This document shows, piece by piece, positions 20,301 through 29,344 of a stretch of DNA of 64,000 nt. Positions within the stretch are counted from its first letter, which is position 1. Every line of letters starts with the position of its first letter. Below the pieces are notes generated by a model, which saw nothing but the letters and a program-made list of their open reading frames with translations, was not told the origin of the DNA and made no database searches. Origin of the DNA: a candidate division FCPU426 bacterium. Its GTDB lineage: Bacteria; Oederibacteriota; PGYV01; Palsa-1178. The stretch lies in assembly GCA_963840035.1 (NCBI GenBank), contig CAWIXE010000001.1, forward strand, positions 1 to 64,000, in the 5' to 3' direction. The position numbers and the translations under genes are program-made.

Positions 20301-20551
20301 AAAGCGCGCACATCCTTGACCTTTGGCGCGCCCAATAATGCCGATACAACCGGATAAGTAACCTGGTCTTCTATGATTTGCGGAGGCCTGTCCCAAGTGG
20401 AATAGATAATAACCTGCGTGTCAGTCATATCAGGTATGGCGTCCAAAGGAACGTTAATGATGGACCAGACGCTCCAGGCCACGGCAAACAAAGCCCCGAG
20501 TATAACGAAGAACCTGTTCTTAGCGCTCCATTCAATAATCCTGTTTATCAT
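17312..20551 (-). CDS. cusA: CusA/CzcA heavy-metal RND transporter
   Basis: 1079 aa; DAIPD, GPDATGVGW, GAMIDAAIV, EFMPPLNEG..LYMP, RIAAPMVGG. Confidence 0.95.
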   Translation of the reverse strand: MINRIIEWSAKNRFFVILGALFAVAWSVWSIINVPLDAIPDMTDTQVIIYSTWDRPPQIIEDQVTYPVVSALLGAPKVKDVRAFSDYGFSYVYVIFEDGTDVYWARSRVMEYLSKIQSQLPAGVKTEIGPDATGVGWVYQYALVDKTGKNSTEQLRAFQDWHLKYALQSVKGVAEVASIGGFQKQYQVIVDPNALISYGIPLGAVVDAIRKSNEAAGARLLEFSGAEYMVNVGGYIKNISDIEETVLKSTMDGTPVRIADVAKVKLGPDIRRGVSDFNGIGEAPGGIVVMRYKENAFNVIERVKKKIQEVKLPDGVEVVPVYDRSELIDKAVGTLKKKLLEEMIVVAIIILIFLAHIPSAFVPILLMPVAVLMSFIPMKMMGLTSNIMSLGGIAIAIGAMIDAAIVVVENTHKKLSRWQEEGGKGDYKVIMIDAIKEVAGPSFFSLLVIAVSFIPIFTLEGIEGRLFQPLAYTKNFAMLFSAILAITLAPALITMLIRVNKVSIKPLWLNNFVNKVMIGEIHPEEKHPVSKWLFKFYGPAVDFVLKKPKFVIGAAIGVMIFTLPFFFTLGSEFMPPLNEGSILYMPTTLPGISVTQASALLQVQDKIIKSFPEVISVFGKAGRAATATDPAPYSMMETTVLLKPMDQWRHKDRWYSKFIPGFLQGPFRLFWPDRITWDDLINEMDGALKIPGQVNAWTMPIKGRTDMLTTGVRTPVGIKIYGDDLSVIERLGKEIESQISMVKGTRSAFAERTAGGYFVNFNIKRKEIARYGLSMQEVQMNIMAAIGGETITQTIEGRERYSVNVRYPRDLRDNIEKLKKTYIATMDGRQIPISQLADLEITLGPGMIRDENGKLTGYVYVDVDGRDIGGYVADAKKVIKEKINLPAGYSLAFSGQYEFMQRVKDKMGVVVPLTLFIIFILLYMNTGSYIKTFIILLAVPFSLVGAVWALHIFGYNISIGVWCGIIALLGVDAETGVFMLLYLDLAYKEKKDKGLLKTIDDLKDAIHHGAVKRIRPKMMTVLTMFFGLLPIMWAASYEIGADVMKRIAAPMVGGIFTSFIMELLVYPAIYLLWKKKGLK

Positions 20552-20569
20552 GACTGCTCCTTTTAATTG

Positions 20570-20647
20570 ATCACAAATCCCATATCACAAATCCCAAATA
20601 AGTGCATTTCCTGCCCTCTTTGGGATATGTGATTTGGGACTTGTGAT
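20570..20647. repeat. Heptamer-periodic inverted-repeat element
   Basis: atcacaaatcccatatcacaaatcccaaa..tttgggatatgtgatttgggacttgtgat. Confidence 0.85.
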
Positions 20648-20652
20648 TGCCG

Positions 20653-21774
20653 TTAATGCTTATGCCCCGTCATGTTCCCCATTGCGGCTTTCAACTGGCT
20701 TTCCGAATCTATCATAAAGTTTCCATTCACCACTATTTTTTCATTCTCGCTCACTCCGGCCTTTACCGTGTAATAATCCTCAACCTTTTCGCCGAGCACC
20801 ACGTACCTCGGTTCAAAGTATCCGTCTTCTTTTGCCACAAAAACTATCTGCCTTTTGCCCGTATCCAGCACAGCTTCCTCTGGTATGGAAAGGAATTTTC
20901 CCCTCGGCGACCTTATTTTCACATCCACGTACATTTCAGGCTTTAGCCCGAAATCGCCGTTCTCTGCGGATATCCTTACCCTGGCGCTGCGCGTCTCCGG
21001 GTTAAGCGACGGGTCTATGGATACCACCCTTCCCGGGTACCTTACGCTGCCTGTTGACGCTGAAGTAATTTCCACGGACGCGCCGTTTTTTACATTTTTA
21101 AGGTCGTCCTGATAAACCTGCGCGTATATCCATACTTTTGAATTGTTTTCGTTCACAAGCAGGCTCGTATCCGGGGATTCCTTTACCGCTATAGCGTCTA
21201 TTTGCGCCTGGCCCAGACCCATGATCTTCATGCGAGTCTGAGCTGATTCAAGATTACTTTTAGCGTCCTTTAAGTCGTCATCGCTGCCGGATATTTTCGC
21301 TTTCTTCATGGTCCTGGACGCGGATATCAGCTGTTCCTGCGCGTAATAAAGCTCCGGGTCATAAGCGACCGCGCCGGAAGCCGAAACAACAGCCCCAAGT
21401 TCCCGCATTGAAACCGTATCAAGCCTTACGTTTATCAACTGCTGTTTATCCGGATCTATCTTTACGTTTATCCTGTCTGTTTTAATGTCCGTATTTGCCG
21501 TTTTATTCCGCTCACCCATGTCCATACCCGGCATGCTCTGCACGCCCGAATTTGCATCCACCTGGGCTTTGAGCTCTGGGCTTTGCGCTTTCTCCACCTT
21601 CACAAGCTTCATCCCGCATATGGGGCAGTCCCCGGGCTTGTCTGATATGTAGTCCGGGTGCATGGGACAGGTCCAAAGCTGCTTGTCCTTATGGCTGTTC
21701 CCGCAGGAAGTAAAAAGAAATACCCCTGAAGCCAAAAGTAATGCCGCGATAAGGATCACAAGTGTTTTTTTCAT
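20653..21774 (-). CDS. cusB: CusB-type RND periplasmic adaptor
   Basis: Lipobox FTSC, WTCPMHP..PGDCPICGM, LKPEMYV, IDSESQL. Confidence 0.9.
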   Translation of the reverse strand: MKKTLVILIAALLLASGVFLFTSCGNSHKDKQLWTCPMHPDYISDKPGDCPICGMKLVKVEKAQSPELKAQVDANSGVQSMPGMDMGERNKTANTDIKTDRINVKIDPDKQQLINVRLDTVSMRELGAVVSASGAVAYDPELYYAQEQLISASRTMKKAKISGSDDDLKDAKSNLESAQTRMKIMGLGQAQIDAIAVKESPDTSLLVNENNSKVWIYAQVYQDDLKNVKNGASVEITSASTGSVRYPGRVVSIDPSLNPETRSARVRISAENGDFGLKPEMYVDVKIRSPRGKFLSIPEEAVLDTGKRQIVFVAKEDGYFEPRYVVLGEKVEDYYTVKAGVSENEKIVVNGNFMIDSESQLKAAMGNMTGHKH

Positions 21775-21787
21775 TTTAAAGCTCCTT

Positions 21788-22138
21788 TTATATATGTATT
21801 CCTATTTTCTTTAATACCGCGTTCATGGCAAAATATCCGGCTGTCATGACCGCTGTCGAAGTGACAAGCGCCACGTAAAAATTTACTTTATGGTTTATCA
21901 GGACGGGTAAAAGTATGAATAACAGGAGCGACGGTATGACCATCCAGAATATGCCGTATGAGAACGATGCGACCTTAACCGCGTCCTTTGACTCTATGAA
22001 TATCCAGAGTATGGCTATCAATGAGACCCAGGGTATGGAAATGACTATGGAGCCCAAAAGGTTGTCCTTTTTGGAAACCTCGGTGACAATCACTATGAGA
22101 ATAGCTGAAAGAATAACCTTCACGATGTACATTATCAT
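21788..22138 (-). CDS. Small 4-TM membrane protein (DUF3147-like)
   Basis: KVILSAILIVIVTEVSK..SIPWVSL..FWMVIPSL. Confidence 0.7.
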   Translation of the reverse strand: MIMYIVKVILSAILIVIVTEVSKKDNLLGSIVISIPWVSLIAILWIFIESKDAVKVASFSYGIFWMVIPSLLLFILLPVLINHKVNFYVALVTSTAVMTAGYFAMNAVLKKIGIHI

Positions 22139-22241
22139 ATTTCCCTCCGTTTATCCGGTTGCCGTGTTTGAGAGGGGGCAAGCCCCCTCTCTACGAATTC
22201 CGTCCCGCCTTAATTGGTAATTAGTCATTAGTAATTGGCAA

Positions 22242-22463
22242 TTATTTCTTTACAACAAGATCCATCCCGCATTTCGGGCATTTGCCGGGTTTGTCAGATA
22301 TTACTTCCGGGTGCATGGGGCAGGTATACTGCACGACCTGCGCTCCGGCCGCCGGCGCGTTATCAACTTTCGCGGCGGGCTTATTCCCGCAGCCTGAAAC
22401 AACAATCATCAGACCTAAAGCCACCAGTACAAGAACCGCTGTTACTAATATCACTTTTTTCAT
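22242..22463 (-). CDS. Small lipoprotein with heavy-metal-binding domain
   Basis: VSGC lipobox; YTCPMHPEVISDKPGKCPKCGMDL; start at ATG 22463 behind AAGGAGG. Confidence 0.85.
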   Translation of the reverse strand: MKKVILVTAVLVLVALGLMIVVSGCGNKPAAKVDNAPAAGAQVVQYTCPMHPEVISDKPGKCPKCGMDLVVKK

Positions 22464-22504
22464 AAAACACCTCCTTTGTTTTGTATAACTTTTGAACATT
22501 TGAA

Positions 22505-23746
22505 CTACTGTAAACTTCCGGCGATTTCTTCCAGCATCCTGTAATGCATAAGATATTCTTCCATCTTCATGTAGTAATCTTTTTTCATCTCAAGCAGCAT
22601 CCTCTCAGAGTCCAAAAGCGCCATGAAATCCGCCTTCCTGCTTTTATAGGACGATGTCATGGACTTTACAGCCGCCTCTGTCTGGGGTATGAGCCTTGCC
22701 TTATAAAGGTCCATGGTCCTGAAATTCGCGTTAATTATCTCAAAGTGTTCCCTTGCCTCGAGTACCGCGGCGTTACTGGCGTTTTCCACATCTTTGGCCC
22801 CAGCATCGGCCATGGCCCCTTTTTCGCCTATGTCAGCCTGCTGGTTTGTCAGGAACCACACCGGCACTTCGGCTTCCACCATCAGCGAGTAATCGTTTGA
22901 ACCCGGGTCCACCAGTTTTTTGTACGTGAATTTAAGGTCCGGTATGTAATCAGCTATAGCCATATTGCGCATGTTCTCGGAAACGTTTTTTGCGGAAACA
23001 GCCGCCTTTACCACGGGAGAGCCTTCAAGGACAAGTTCCCTGACCCTGTCAAAATCCATTTTTAATTCAGGCACCTCCGGTTCGCTTATGTCAAAAACCG
23101 TTTGGGTAAGGTTCACGGCTCCGCCTGATACCGCGCTCAGCTTTTCCATGGCTATTTCCTTCATCCTTCTTAATGACTGTGTCTCGTTTAAAAGCATCTG
23201 ATTTTCTATGTCAGCCTTGAGCACATCCTGCTGTGACGCCATGCCGCTGTTGTACTTCGCGAACGCTATGTCGGATAACTGCTTTACTATTGAGGAAGCC
23301 TCTTGCGTTATGGCTATAGTCCTTTCTATCCTGTAGAGCTCATAAAATGATTTCCTTGCCGAGCTGACCACTTCTTTTTCCATGGCCTTTGCCATGTAGC
23401 GCGCGTAATCCGAACGCGACACAGCGGCGCCCGCTTTCCAAATGTATTTGAAGGGCCACGGCACTGCCTGGGAAATAGTGAGGTTCTTTCCCATGGAGGC
23501 ATCGCCTAAAGAAAGACCTCTGTCACTCAACCCCATGTATTCGATCCCTGCCATGGGATTCGGCAGCCAGAATTCCTTATGTGACGCGGCGTCAGCGGCG
23601 TCAGCCATTTTAACTGCCGAGGCAAGCGCAGGATTATTATCCAGCGCGGCTTTAACAACCTGAGCTTCGGTAATGACAGTGTTTTCCGCCATCACAACCG
23701 CCGCTGCCAGAATTAAACCCGCTGCTATAATCAGTATTTTTTTCAT
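22505..23746 (-). CDS. TolC/CusC outer-membrane efflux protein
   Basis: Signal peptide; ALDNNP, YNSG..QQDVLKA, Y..DFMALLD; lies upstream of cusBA. Confidence 0.88.
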   Translation of the reverse strand: MKKILIIAAGLILAAAVVMAENTVITEAQVVKAALDNNPALASAVKMADAADAASHKEFWLPNPMAGIEYMGLSDRGLSLGDASMGKNLTISQAVPWPFKYIWKAGAAVSRSDYARYMAKAMEKEVVSSARKSFYELYRIERTIAITQEASSIVKQLSDIAFAKYNSGMASQQDVLKADIENQMLLNETQSLRRMKEIAMEKLSAVSGGAVNLTQTVFDISEPEVPELKMDFDRVRELVLEGSPVVKAAVSAKNVSENMRNMAIADYIPDLKFTYKKLVDPGSNDYSLMVEAEVPVWFLTNQQADIGEKGAMADAGAKDVENASNAAVLEAREHFEIINANFRTMDLYKARLIPQTEAAVKSMTSSYKSRKADFMALLDSERMLLEMKKDYYMKMEEYLMHYRMLEEIAGSLQ

Positions 23747-23774
23747 ATCCGCTCCATGTTAATATTTTGTTCTG

Positions 23775-23876
23775 GTAGCCGCAGCCTTTAGACTGCGAAA
23801 GGCCTGCGCTGCTTATCTTGTTTCTCACAACTGGTTGCGAAAGGCCTGCCTTGCGCAGCCTAAAGGCTGCGGCTAC
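23775..23876. repeat. Inverted pair of GTAG-REPs (REPIN-like)
   Basis: gtagccgcagcctttagactgcg..cgcagcctaaaggctgcggctac. Confidence 0.85.
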
Positions 23877-23895
23877 CAAACCTTAATTGTAAATT

Positions 23896-24162
23896 TTACT
23901 TCCCCGCCAGCGCCTTTACGTGTTCTATGAACTGCGGACCCCAGATGATAAGCAGGACTGTCAGTGTCACAATATACAGACAACCCAGTATTATCCCCGC
24001 GTACGCAAATCCTTTTCCGGCTTTTTCCTCTGCGCTGACCTCTTTTAACCCCATCCATCCCAGAGTTATGGCTGCCAGGGCTTTTTCAATGCCAAGCAGG
24101 TTTAAAAAACACGCTATCCCCACGATAAGACTTGCCACTGCCACTTTGCTTTTAGTTCCCAT
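23896..24162 (-). CDS. Small membrane protein (DUF4190-like)
   Basis: AVASLIVGI..GKGFAYAGIILG; start at ATG 24162 with RBS GGGAGG. Confidence 0.65.
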   Translation of the reverse strand: MGTKSKVAVASLIVGIACFLNLLGIEKALAAITLGWMGLKEVSAEEKAGKGFAYAGIILGCLYIVTLTVLLIIWGPQFIEHVKALAGK

Positions 24163-24679
24163 GTTTACACCCTCCCATTTTACATTCATGTTTTAAATCG
24201 CCTCCGCAGCATGCACAGGCGTTTGACGCAGTGACATTGCACATTTTCATGAAAGCAGCCGGGGAAAACACGCTCCCGGTAAAGCACGCAAAAGCCGCGT
24301 TTTTTACCATGTCAGAGGCGCTTACTTTTAAAGTATCATCATTTGAACCGTATATCAGGGGCGAGGTTATCATAAAAGCTGAAAATAGGAGGATCAATAT
24401 GGATAAGGTTACAGGTATGGGGATTAATTTTCCGATATTGAACCCAAAATCCCGGCTTTTTTTTGCCTCTAATTTTTGGTCTATTTTTGCCCTTAAGTTA
24501 TCTGATGGTAGTATTTCTCCCGCCTTTAACAAGTATACACGCTGTGATATCAGTTTTTCAACCTCAGCCGAGCATTCAGGGCATGATTTCAGGTGGGCAT
24601 CAATCTCTGCTTTTAAGGTTTCAGGTACCTCTTTATCCACAAAAGCGCTTAATTTTAAAGTAATTTTTGAATGTTCCAT
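24152..24679 (-). CDS. Zinc-finger (ZAS) anti-sigma factor with TM helix and Cys-rich tail
   Basis: H..LSAFVD..HLKSCPEC, one TM segment, then CNVTASNACACCGG..HECKMGGCKH. Confidence 0.85.
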   Translation of the reverse strand: MEHSKITLKLSAFVDKEVPETLKAEIDAHLKSCPECSAEVEKLISQRVYLLKAGEILPSDNLRAKIDQKLEAKKSRDFGFNIGKLIPIPVTLSILILLFSAFMITSPLIYGSNDDTLKVSASDMVKNAAFACFTGSVFSPAAFMKMCNVTASNACACCGGDLKHECKMGGCKHGN

Positions 24680-24762
24680 AAAATTCCTCCTTTTAGTTCA
24701 TGCTTACACATATACAAACGTAAAAAGATGTAAAAACTTGCGGGGTTTTTTATATTGTTTTC

Positions 24763-24829
24763 GTAGAGACGGGGTTCACCCCGTCTACAGTTGAAAGCGG
24801 CCGTGAGATGGGGTAAACCCCATCTCTAC
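24763..24829. repeat. Inverted pair of GTAG-REPs overlapping the sigma-factor stop codon
   Basis: gtagagacggggttcaccccgtctac and gagatggggtaaaccccatctctac. Confidence 0.85.
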
Positions 24830-25386
24830 AAAACCTTCTTTAAAAACGTCCTTGCCCTGAATATAAGGGACTCCACGGATGGAACAGATACACCTAATAC
24901 CTGCGCAATCTCGGCATATGTACTGTCTTCGTATACCTTCAGTATAATGGCTGCCCTTTGATTTTCAGGCAGGGCCTGGAGTGCGGTGTTTATCTCTTCC
25001 TGTGTTTCCCTGTTCTCGGCTATTTTGTCCGAAGGGATTATCTTTGCATCCTCTTCCTGCTTCTCCATAGCGCCTTCGCCTGTATCAATTTTTTCATCCA
25101 GGCTTGATCCGTTCTTTTCGTGTTTGCGCTTCCTGATGTAATCTATTGAAATATTCGAAGCTATGCGGTAAATCCAGGTGGTGAATTTTGCTGACGGGGT
25201 ATATGAGGCTGCGGCGTTATAGACCTTTATGAAGACGTCCTGGGTTAAATCCTCGGCATCCTCGCGGGACGCTGTAAAACGGTATATGTAATTAATGATG
25301 GGTTTGGAGTATTTATCGACAAGCCGGTTAAAAGCGCCCCTGTTTCCCGCCTTCAGCTCAAGCATAAGTTTTCTGTCTTCATCCAT
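24826..25386 (-). CDS. ECF (RpoE-like) RNA polymerase sigma factor
   Basis: DAEDLTQDVF, FTTWIYRIASN, LPENQR, YAEIAQVLG..SLIFRAR. Confidence 0.93.
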   Translation of the reverse strand: MDEDRKLMLELKAGNRGAFNRLVDKYSKPIINYIYRFTASREDAEDLTQDVFIKVYNAAASYTPSAKFTTWIYRIASNISIDYIRKRKHEKNGSSLDEKIDTGEGAMEKQEEDAKIIPSDKIAENRETQEEINTALQALPENQRAAIILKVYEDSTYAEIAQVLGVSVPSVESLIFRARTFLKKVL

Positions 25387-25440
25387 AATAATACCCCACC
25401 TATTTATAAGATGTGGATATTATAACACATGTTGAGGAAA

Positions 25441-25521
25441 AACGAGACAGGAGACAAGAGACAGGAATTAAAACGTAAACAACCAAGCGCATTACTCCAG
25501 TCTCCTATCTCTTGTCTCGTT
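25441..25521. repeat. Heptamer-periodic inverted-repeat element (GAGACAG type)
   Basis: gagacag gagacaa gagacag..ctccagtctcctatctcttgtctc; related copy at 63871. Confidence 0.75.
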
Positions 25522-25534
25522 GTTCCTCCGCACG

Positions 25535-25765
25535 CTACCCGTTTTTCTTAAACCACTCAGTTATACGCGTTACATTATCCCCCTGCACTTCTATAACGCC
25601 ATTTTTCACCGTGCCTCCGGCGCCGCAGAGTTTCTTTAACTGCTTTGCAATCTCCTCAAGCCTTGCACTGCCATATGTATGAAGCCCGGAAATTATAGTG
25701 ACCTGCTTACCCGCGCGTTTTTCAAAGTATATTTTGGGTTTTGGCGAATTTTGATTTGTCATCAT
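25535..25765 (-). CDS. yciH: SUI1/YciH translation initiation factor family protein
   Basis: RAGKQVTII..LKKLCGAGGTVKNGVIEVQGD. Confidence 0.9.
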   Translation of the reverse strand: MMTNQNSPKPKIYFEKRAGKQVTIISGLHTYGSARLEEIAKQLKKLCGAGGTVKNGVIEVQGDNVTRITEWFKKNG

Positions 25766-26265
25766 GGCCTGAAACCTATCTCTTTCTTTTTGGATTTTTC
25801 CGGCTCTTTTATCAGCTCTTTTAAGGCTGAAAAGACAAGCGAAAATTGTTTATCATATCTCTTTTCAAGCTGTTCTATCTTTTCCGCAAGCTTTTTGTGT
25901 GATCCCAATAACTCACGTATCTTCACAAAAGCCCTCATTATCATAATATTAACTTTAACAGCTTTTTTACTCTTTAAAACGCTTGAAAGCATTGCCACGC
26001 CCTGTTCCGTAAAAGCGTATACACTCTTTGAATACTTAATGGCTTCCAAGGAAGTCACAATTTGTGACATCCTTAATATCTCCTCACGCGTTAAACTGAA
26101 TACAAAATCCGGCGGAAAACGATCTTTGTTTCTTTTTACCGCCTGATTTAAAGCTTTTGTTTTGACATCGTATAGTCCTGCCAGATCCCTGTCAAATATC
26201 ACCTTCTGGCCCCTGATAACATAAATACGGTTGACTAATGCTTCTAATGGAATAATATCACCCAT
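25762..26265 (-). CDS. ORF6N domain DNA-binding protein
   Basis: IRGQKVIFDRDLAGLY..NQAVKRNKDRFPPDF..AFTEQGVAMLSSVL..IGF. Confidence 0.92.
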   Translation of the reverse strand: MGDIIPLEALVNRIYVIRGQKVIFDRDLAGLYDVKTKALNQAVKRNKDRFPPDFVFSLTREEILRMSQIVTSLEAIKYSKSVYAFTEQGVAMLSSVLKSKKAVKVNIMIMRAFVKIRELLGSHKKLAEKIEQLEKRYDKQFSLVFSALKELIKEPEKSKKKEIGFRP

Positions 26266-26335
26266 AAAACACCCCTCTATTTATTGTTTATGGGATTATA
26301 TCACATACAAATTATCGTTCAATCAGAATTCGCCG

Positions 26336-26944
26336 TTAACCAACCGGCTGCCTTAAGATCGTTTTCATCTTTTCCGGCTTTACTTTTAAGAAGTTGTTCA
26401 GGTATATTTCCCTGTGCTTTCCTTTTATCTTATAACCCTGTTTTTCAATAAACTCATGCATCCGCCGTATATTCGGGCCTTCTTCCGAGAACGGGCCGGT
26501 GTGAAGCAGCTGCGCCGATAGGCCGTCTTTAAACTTTTCAAACCTCAGCATTTCCAGGGGCAAGCCCTTTTTCTTTTCAGCGGCTTTTGCGCGGGCTTCT
26601 TCAAAGAGCTTTTTTGTAATAAAATCCGGCTGCATTATGGATATTGTCCAGTGCCATTTGGCTTTGTTTCCTTTTAAAAAATCCTTATAATCATCCGCCC
26701 ACCACTGCCCCTCTAAAGGCATAACGCCGTAATCTATTGCCATGGGGCCTTTTTTTACCATGAATTTAAGTGTATAAGCCGCGGTAAAAAGCGCTGATAC
26801 CGCCGCCTGGAATTCCTTGTTATTGTTCGGGTCGCCTTTTCCGTCTATCATGATATAATTTAATTCAGGGACTTTTACAAGAACCGGCTCTTTCTTTGCC
26901 GAGTAAAGCGCCTTAAATTCCTTTTTCAAATCGATTTTTTTCAT
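26336..26944 (-). CDS. GyrI-like small-molecule-binding protein
   Basis: IDGKGDPN, VMPLEGQWW, HTGPFSEE, HREIYL, TILRQP. Confidence 0.88.
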   Translation of the reverse strand: MKKIDLKKEFKALYSAKKEPVLVKVPELNYIMIDGKGDPNNNKEFQAAVSALFTAAYTLKFMVKKGPMAIDYGVMPLEGQWWADDYKDFLKGNKAKWHWTISIMQPDFITKKLFEEARAKAAEKKKGLPLEMLRFEKFKDGLSAQLLHTGPFSEEGPNIRRMHEFIEKQGYKIKGKHREIYLNNFLKVKPEKMKTILRQPVG

Positions 26945-27498
26945 TTTGCTCCCCTTTCTGTTTTTAGTTCTTCAGCCAGTTCTTCCGTATATTTAAGGTC
27001 AGCCTCAATAATCCTCATGGGCCGCTCAAACAGGGCCCTTACGAAAGAAGGCAGCTGCCTGCCTCCCTTTTCCTCAAATACCTTTTTAAGCCCGGCTAAA
27101 TTCCCCTTCAGCACTTTTACCCTGAGCATCAAAGCCTCTGCCGACTTTTTAAATCCGGCCGCCGGTATCGAGGCCAACGCCAGCTCAAATGCGTTTCCGC
27201 CCCTTGTACTCCCGGAAAGCGCCGACAATGTTTCTGCCTTTAAAATATTGAATCCCTCGAGGGTAAGGGAAAACTTCCTGGGCGCCGGGCCTTTTCCGCT
27301 TTTTTTTGCAAAATCCCCGCTTTTAATAAACCCTTTTTTCCTTAACTTTTGAAGCGTGTTGTAAATGGATGTTTTTCCTATTCCCGCCCAGTTCCTGTAA
27401 CCGCGTTCTTCAATCAGGTTGTCGAGTTCATATCCCGACGCCATCTTTTTCTCCCCGATTAACTGCAGCAATGCTGTTTCCACATTTGTTAATGCCAT
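26941..27498 (-). CDS. PadR-family transcriptional regulator
   Basis: LLQLIGE..SGYEL..SIYNTLQKL..RKFSLT; start moved to ATG 27498. Confidence 0.85.
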   Translation of the reverse strand: MALTNVETALLQLIGEKKMASGYELDNLIEERGYRNWAGIGKTSIYNTLQKLRKKGFIKSGDFAKKSGKGPAPRKFSLTLEGFNILKAETLSALSGSTRGGNAFELALASIPAAGFKKSAEALMLRVKVLKGNLAGLKKVFEEKGGRQLPSFVRALFERPMRIIEADLKYTEELAEELKTERGAK

Positions 27499-27568
27499 CG
27501 TATCCTCCCATAATAGTCCACACGTGGAATATATCAACAAAAAATCAAATTGTCAATATATAATTATT

Positions 27569-27631
27569 TAAAAAAGAAGGGCGGACGGCTATAAGGGGTT
27601 TCTGGGAGGGATATTGGGGTGCCGCCCGCCC
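27569..27631 (-). terminator. Terminator-like hairpin with C-rich loop (related to 31559-31619)
   Basis: Minus strand GGGCGGGCGGC-acCCCAATATCCCTCCCAGAAACCCCTTATA-GCCGTCCGCCC followed by TTCTTTTTT. Confidence 0.75.
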
Positions 27632-27657
27632 GGTAACAGTATTGTCTTTATCTCAAT

Positions 27658-28227
27658 TCACCACGCTGATTTTGCCCCTGCTTTTTTTAGCATACCGGCA
27701 ATTTCATCATTTGCGGCCCAGCCCAGCGCCGTAGCGTACATGTGCCCTACTATATTAGGGTCGGCACCTGCTTTTAAAAGTATTGATATCACTTCCTTAT
27801 TGCCTGCTTTTGCCGCGAACATAAGCGCGGTAAAACCAAACCTGCTTATCTCATTTACATCGGCGCCTTTGTCCAGCAGGAATTTTACCGCTTCCACCCT
27901 TGCCTTGCTGCACGCCATAATCAGCGGGGTAATCTGCAGTTTATTGTCTGTCTTTCCGTTAACATCAGCCCCGGCATCCAGAAGGCGTTCCATTTCCTTT
28001 ATATCGCCCGCCTCTGACGCGTCTATAAACGCGGCTGTCTCAGGGCTGGTGTTTACTTTAGCGCCGGTATCTGCCGGTTTTCCCATGGATGCGTCGCCTA
28101 CGTGAAGCGCTCTGCCTGCCTGCTTTATAACAGGTGTTTCCTGCGTTCCCTGCTGTATTATTCCTTCAGCCGAGACACATCCGGCAAATACAGCGATAAA
28201 TATCATTAAAGCGAATGTTTTTTTCAT
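27658..28227 (-). CDS. Secreted ankyrin-repeat protein
   Basis: Signal peptide; LLDAGADVN, TPLIMA, TALMFAA repeats. Confidence 0.9.
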   Translation of the reverse strand: MKKTFALMIFIAVFAGCVSAEGIIQQGTQETPVIKQAGRALHVGDASMGKPADTGAKVNTSPETAAFIDASEAGDIKEMERLLDAGADVNGKTDNKLQITPLIMACSKARVEAVKFLLDKGADVNEISRFGFTALMFAAKAGNKEVISILLKAGADPNIVGHMYATALGWAANDEIAGMLKKAGAKSAW

Positions 28228-28238
28228 ATAACCCTCCG

Positions 28239-29333
28239 TTAAAAAGTGGCTCTCCAGCCAAGTACTGTACGGGTAAATAACAGCGAATCCCCGTTTGTCC
28301 TGCTCCAGTCCCCGATGTCCACACGGAACTGTAAAAGCGTGTCATAAAGGCTTATTATTATTCCCGGGGTATTGGTGATATATTTTTCACCCGGCCCTGA
28401 TGAGAACGAATTAAAACCGGAGTAATTATTGTAAACATAATCAAAGTGGTACATCAGCTTCATCCAGTCGCTGACCTTATAAAATATCTTGGCGTACCAT
28501 CCGTACGGTGTGGCTGCCCTTACCCCGTCAATGGCCCTCTCCCATTTTCCGCCGGCGTATTCGGAGCGGATGTTAATATCGCCGAGATTTATTGCCACCC
28601 CTCCGGACCACCTGGTCATGCCTAACTGTTCCTTGTCGTCATAACGCCCGGCCGCGAAAGAACCGGTAAATTTAAAGATCCCGATTTCCGGTTCGGCGTG
28701 TATCATACCCATGGGCTGCCTGTTGTTATCAGCAAACTGCGTGTTCCCGTTTATCGCGTAAATGTATACCGGCAGATATAGGTCGCCGAGGCTGAAGTTT
28801 TTTACCGCTTCCACTCCCATGGACTGCATCCTGCCAAGGGTGTCGTTTATGGCGAACTTCCCTCCGCTGAATTCGTCTTCCCAGAACATTTCCTGGCCGT
28901 ATTCAAGGGTAAATTTTGGCTTTAAAATTCCGGCTGAAACTTCAAAATCGTCAGGCAGCGTAAGCTTAACAACGGCTTTTCCCCAGTCAACGCCGTTTAA
29001 CTTAAGCGAAATACCCCCGGCTGTCGACATCTGATCCCCAAGCTTGCTTCCTAAGCTCGGGGTCGCGCCTGTAATGGCTGTAAGCCCCGGGTCAACTTCC
29101 ACAGATACAACATCATTTATTTTAGCGTTCAGAAAAAGTATTACCGCCGCTACTCCCATTCCCGGCGACTGCGTCGAGTATTCCTGTCCTGCGGCTGTTT
29201 TGTTTATGCCATACGCGTAATCAAAGAGTGTCATTTTTACATGGCCCCCGAGCATTTTCTCGCCTTCGGCAAACGCAGGAGTTATTAATATAACAGCCAT
29301 TATCACAGCAAGTAAAACCCGCTTAATGTTCAT
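28239..29333 (-). CDS. Putative outer-membrane beta-barrel (porin-like)
   Basis: Signal peptide, alternating amphipathic strands, terminal Phe (LGWRATF). Confidence 0.7.
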   Translation of the reverse strand: MNIKRVLLAVIMAVILITPAFAEGEKMLGGHVKMTLFDYAYGINKTAAGQEYSTQSPGMGVAAVILFLNAKINDVVSVEVDPGLTAITGATPSLGSKLGDQMSTAGGISLKLNGVDWGKAVVKLTLPDDFEVSAGILKPKFTLEYGQEMFWEDEFSGGKFAINDTLGRMQSMGVEAVKNFSLGDLYLPVYIYAINGNTQFADNNRQPMGMIHAEPEIGIFKFTGSFAAGRYDDKEQLGMTRWSGGVAINLGDINIRSEYAGGKWERAIDGVRAATPYGWYAKIFYKVSDWMKLMYHFDYVYNNYSGFNSFSSGPGEKYITNTPGIIISLYDTLLQFRVDIGDWSRTNGDSLLFTRTVLGWRATF

Positions 29334-29344
29334 AATACCCTCCG

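Noticed and set aside
25762..26265. Prophage, suggested by ORF6N
   Set aside because: Isolated gene with no integrase, structural or replication genes nearby.
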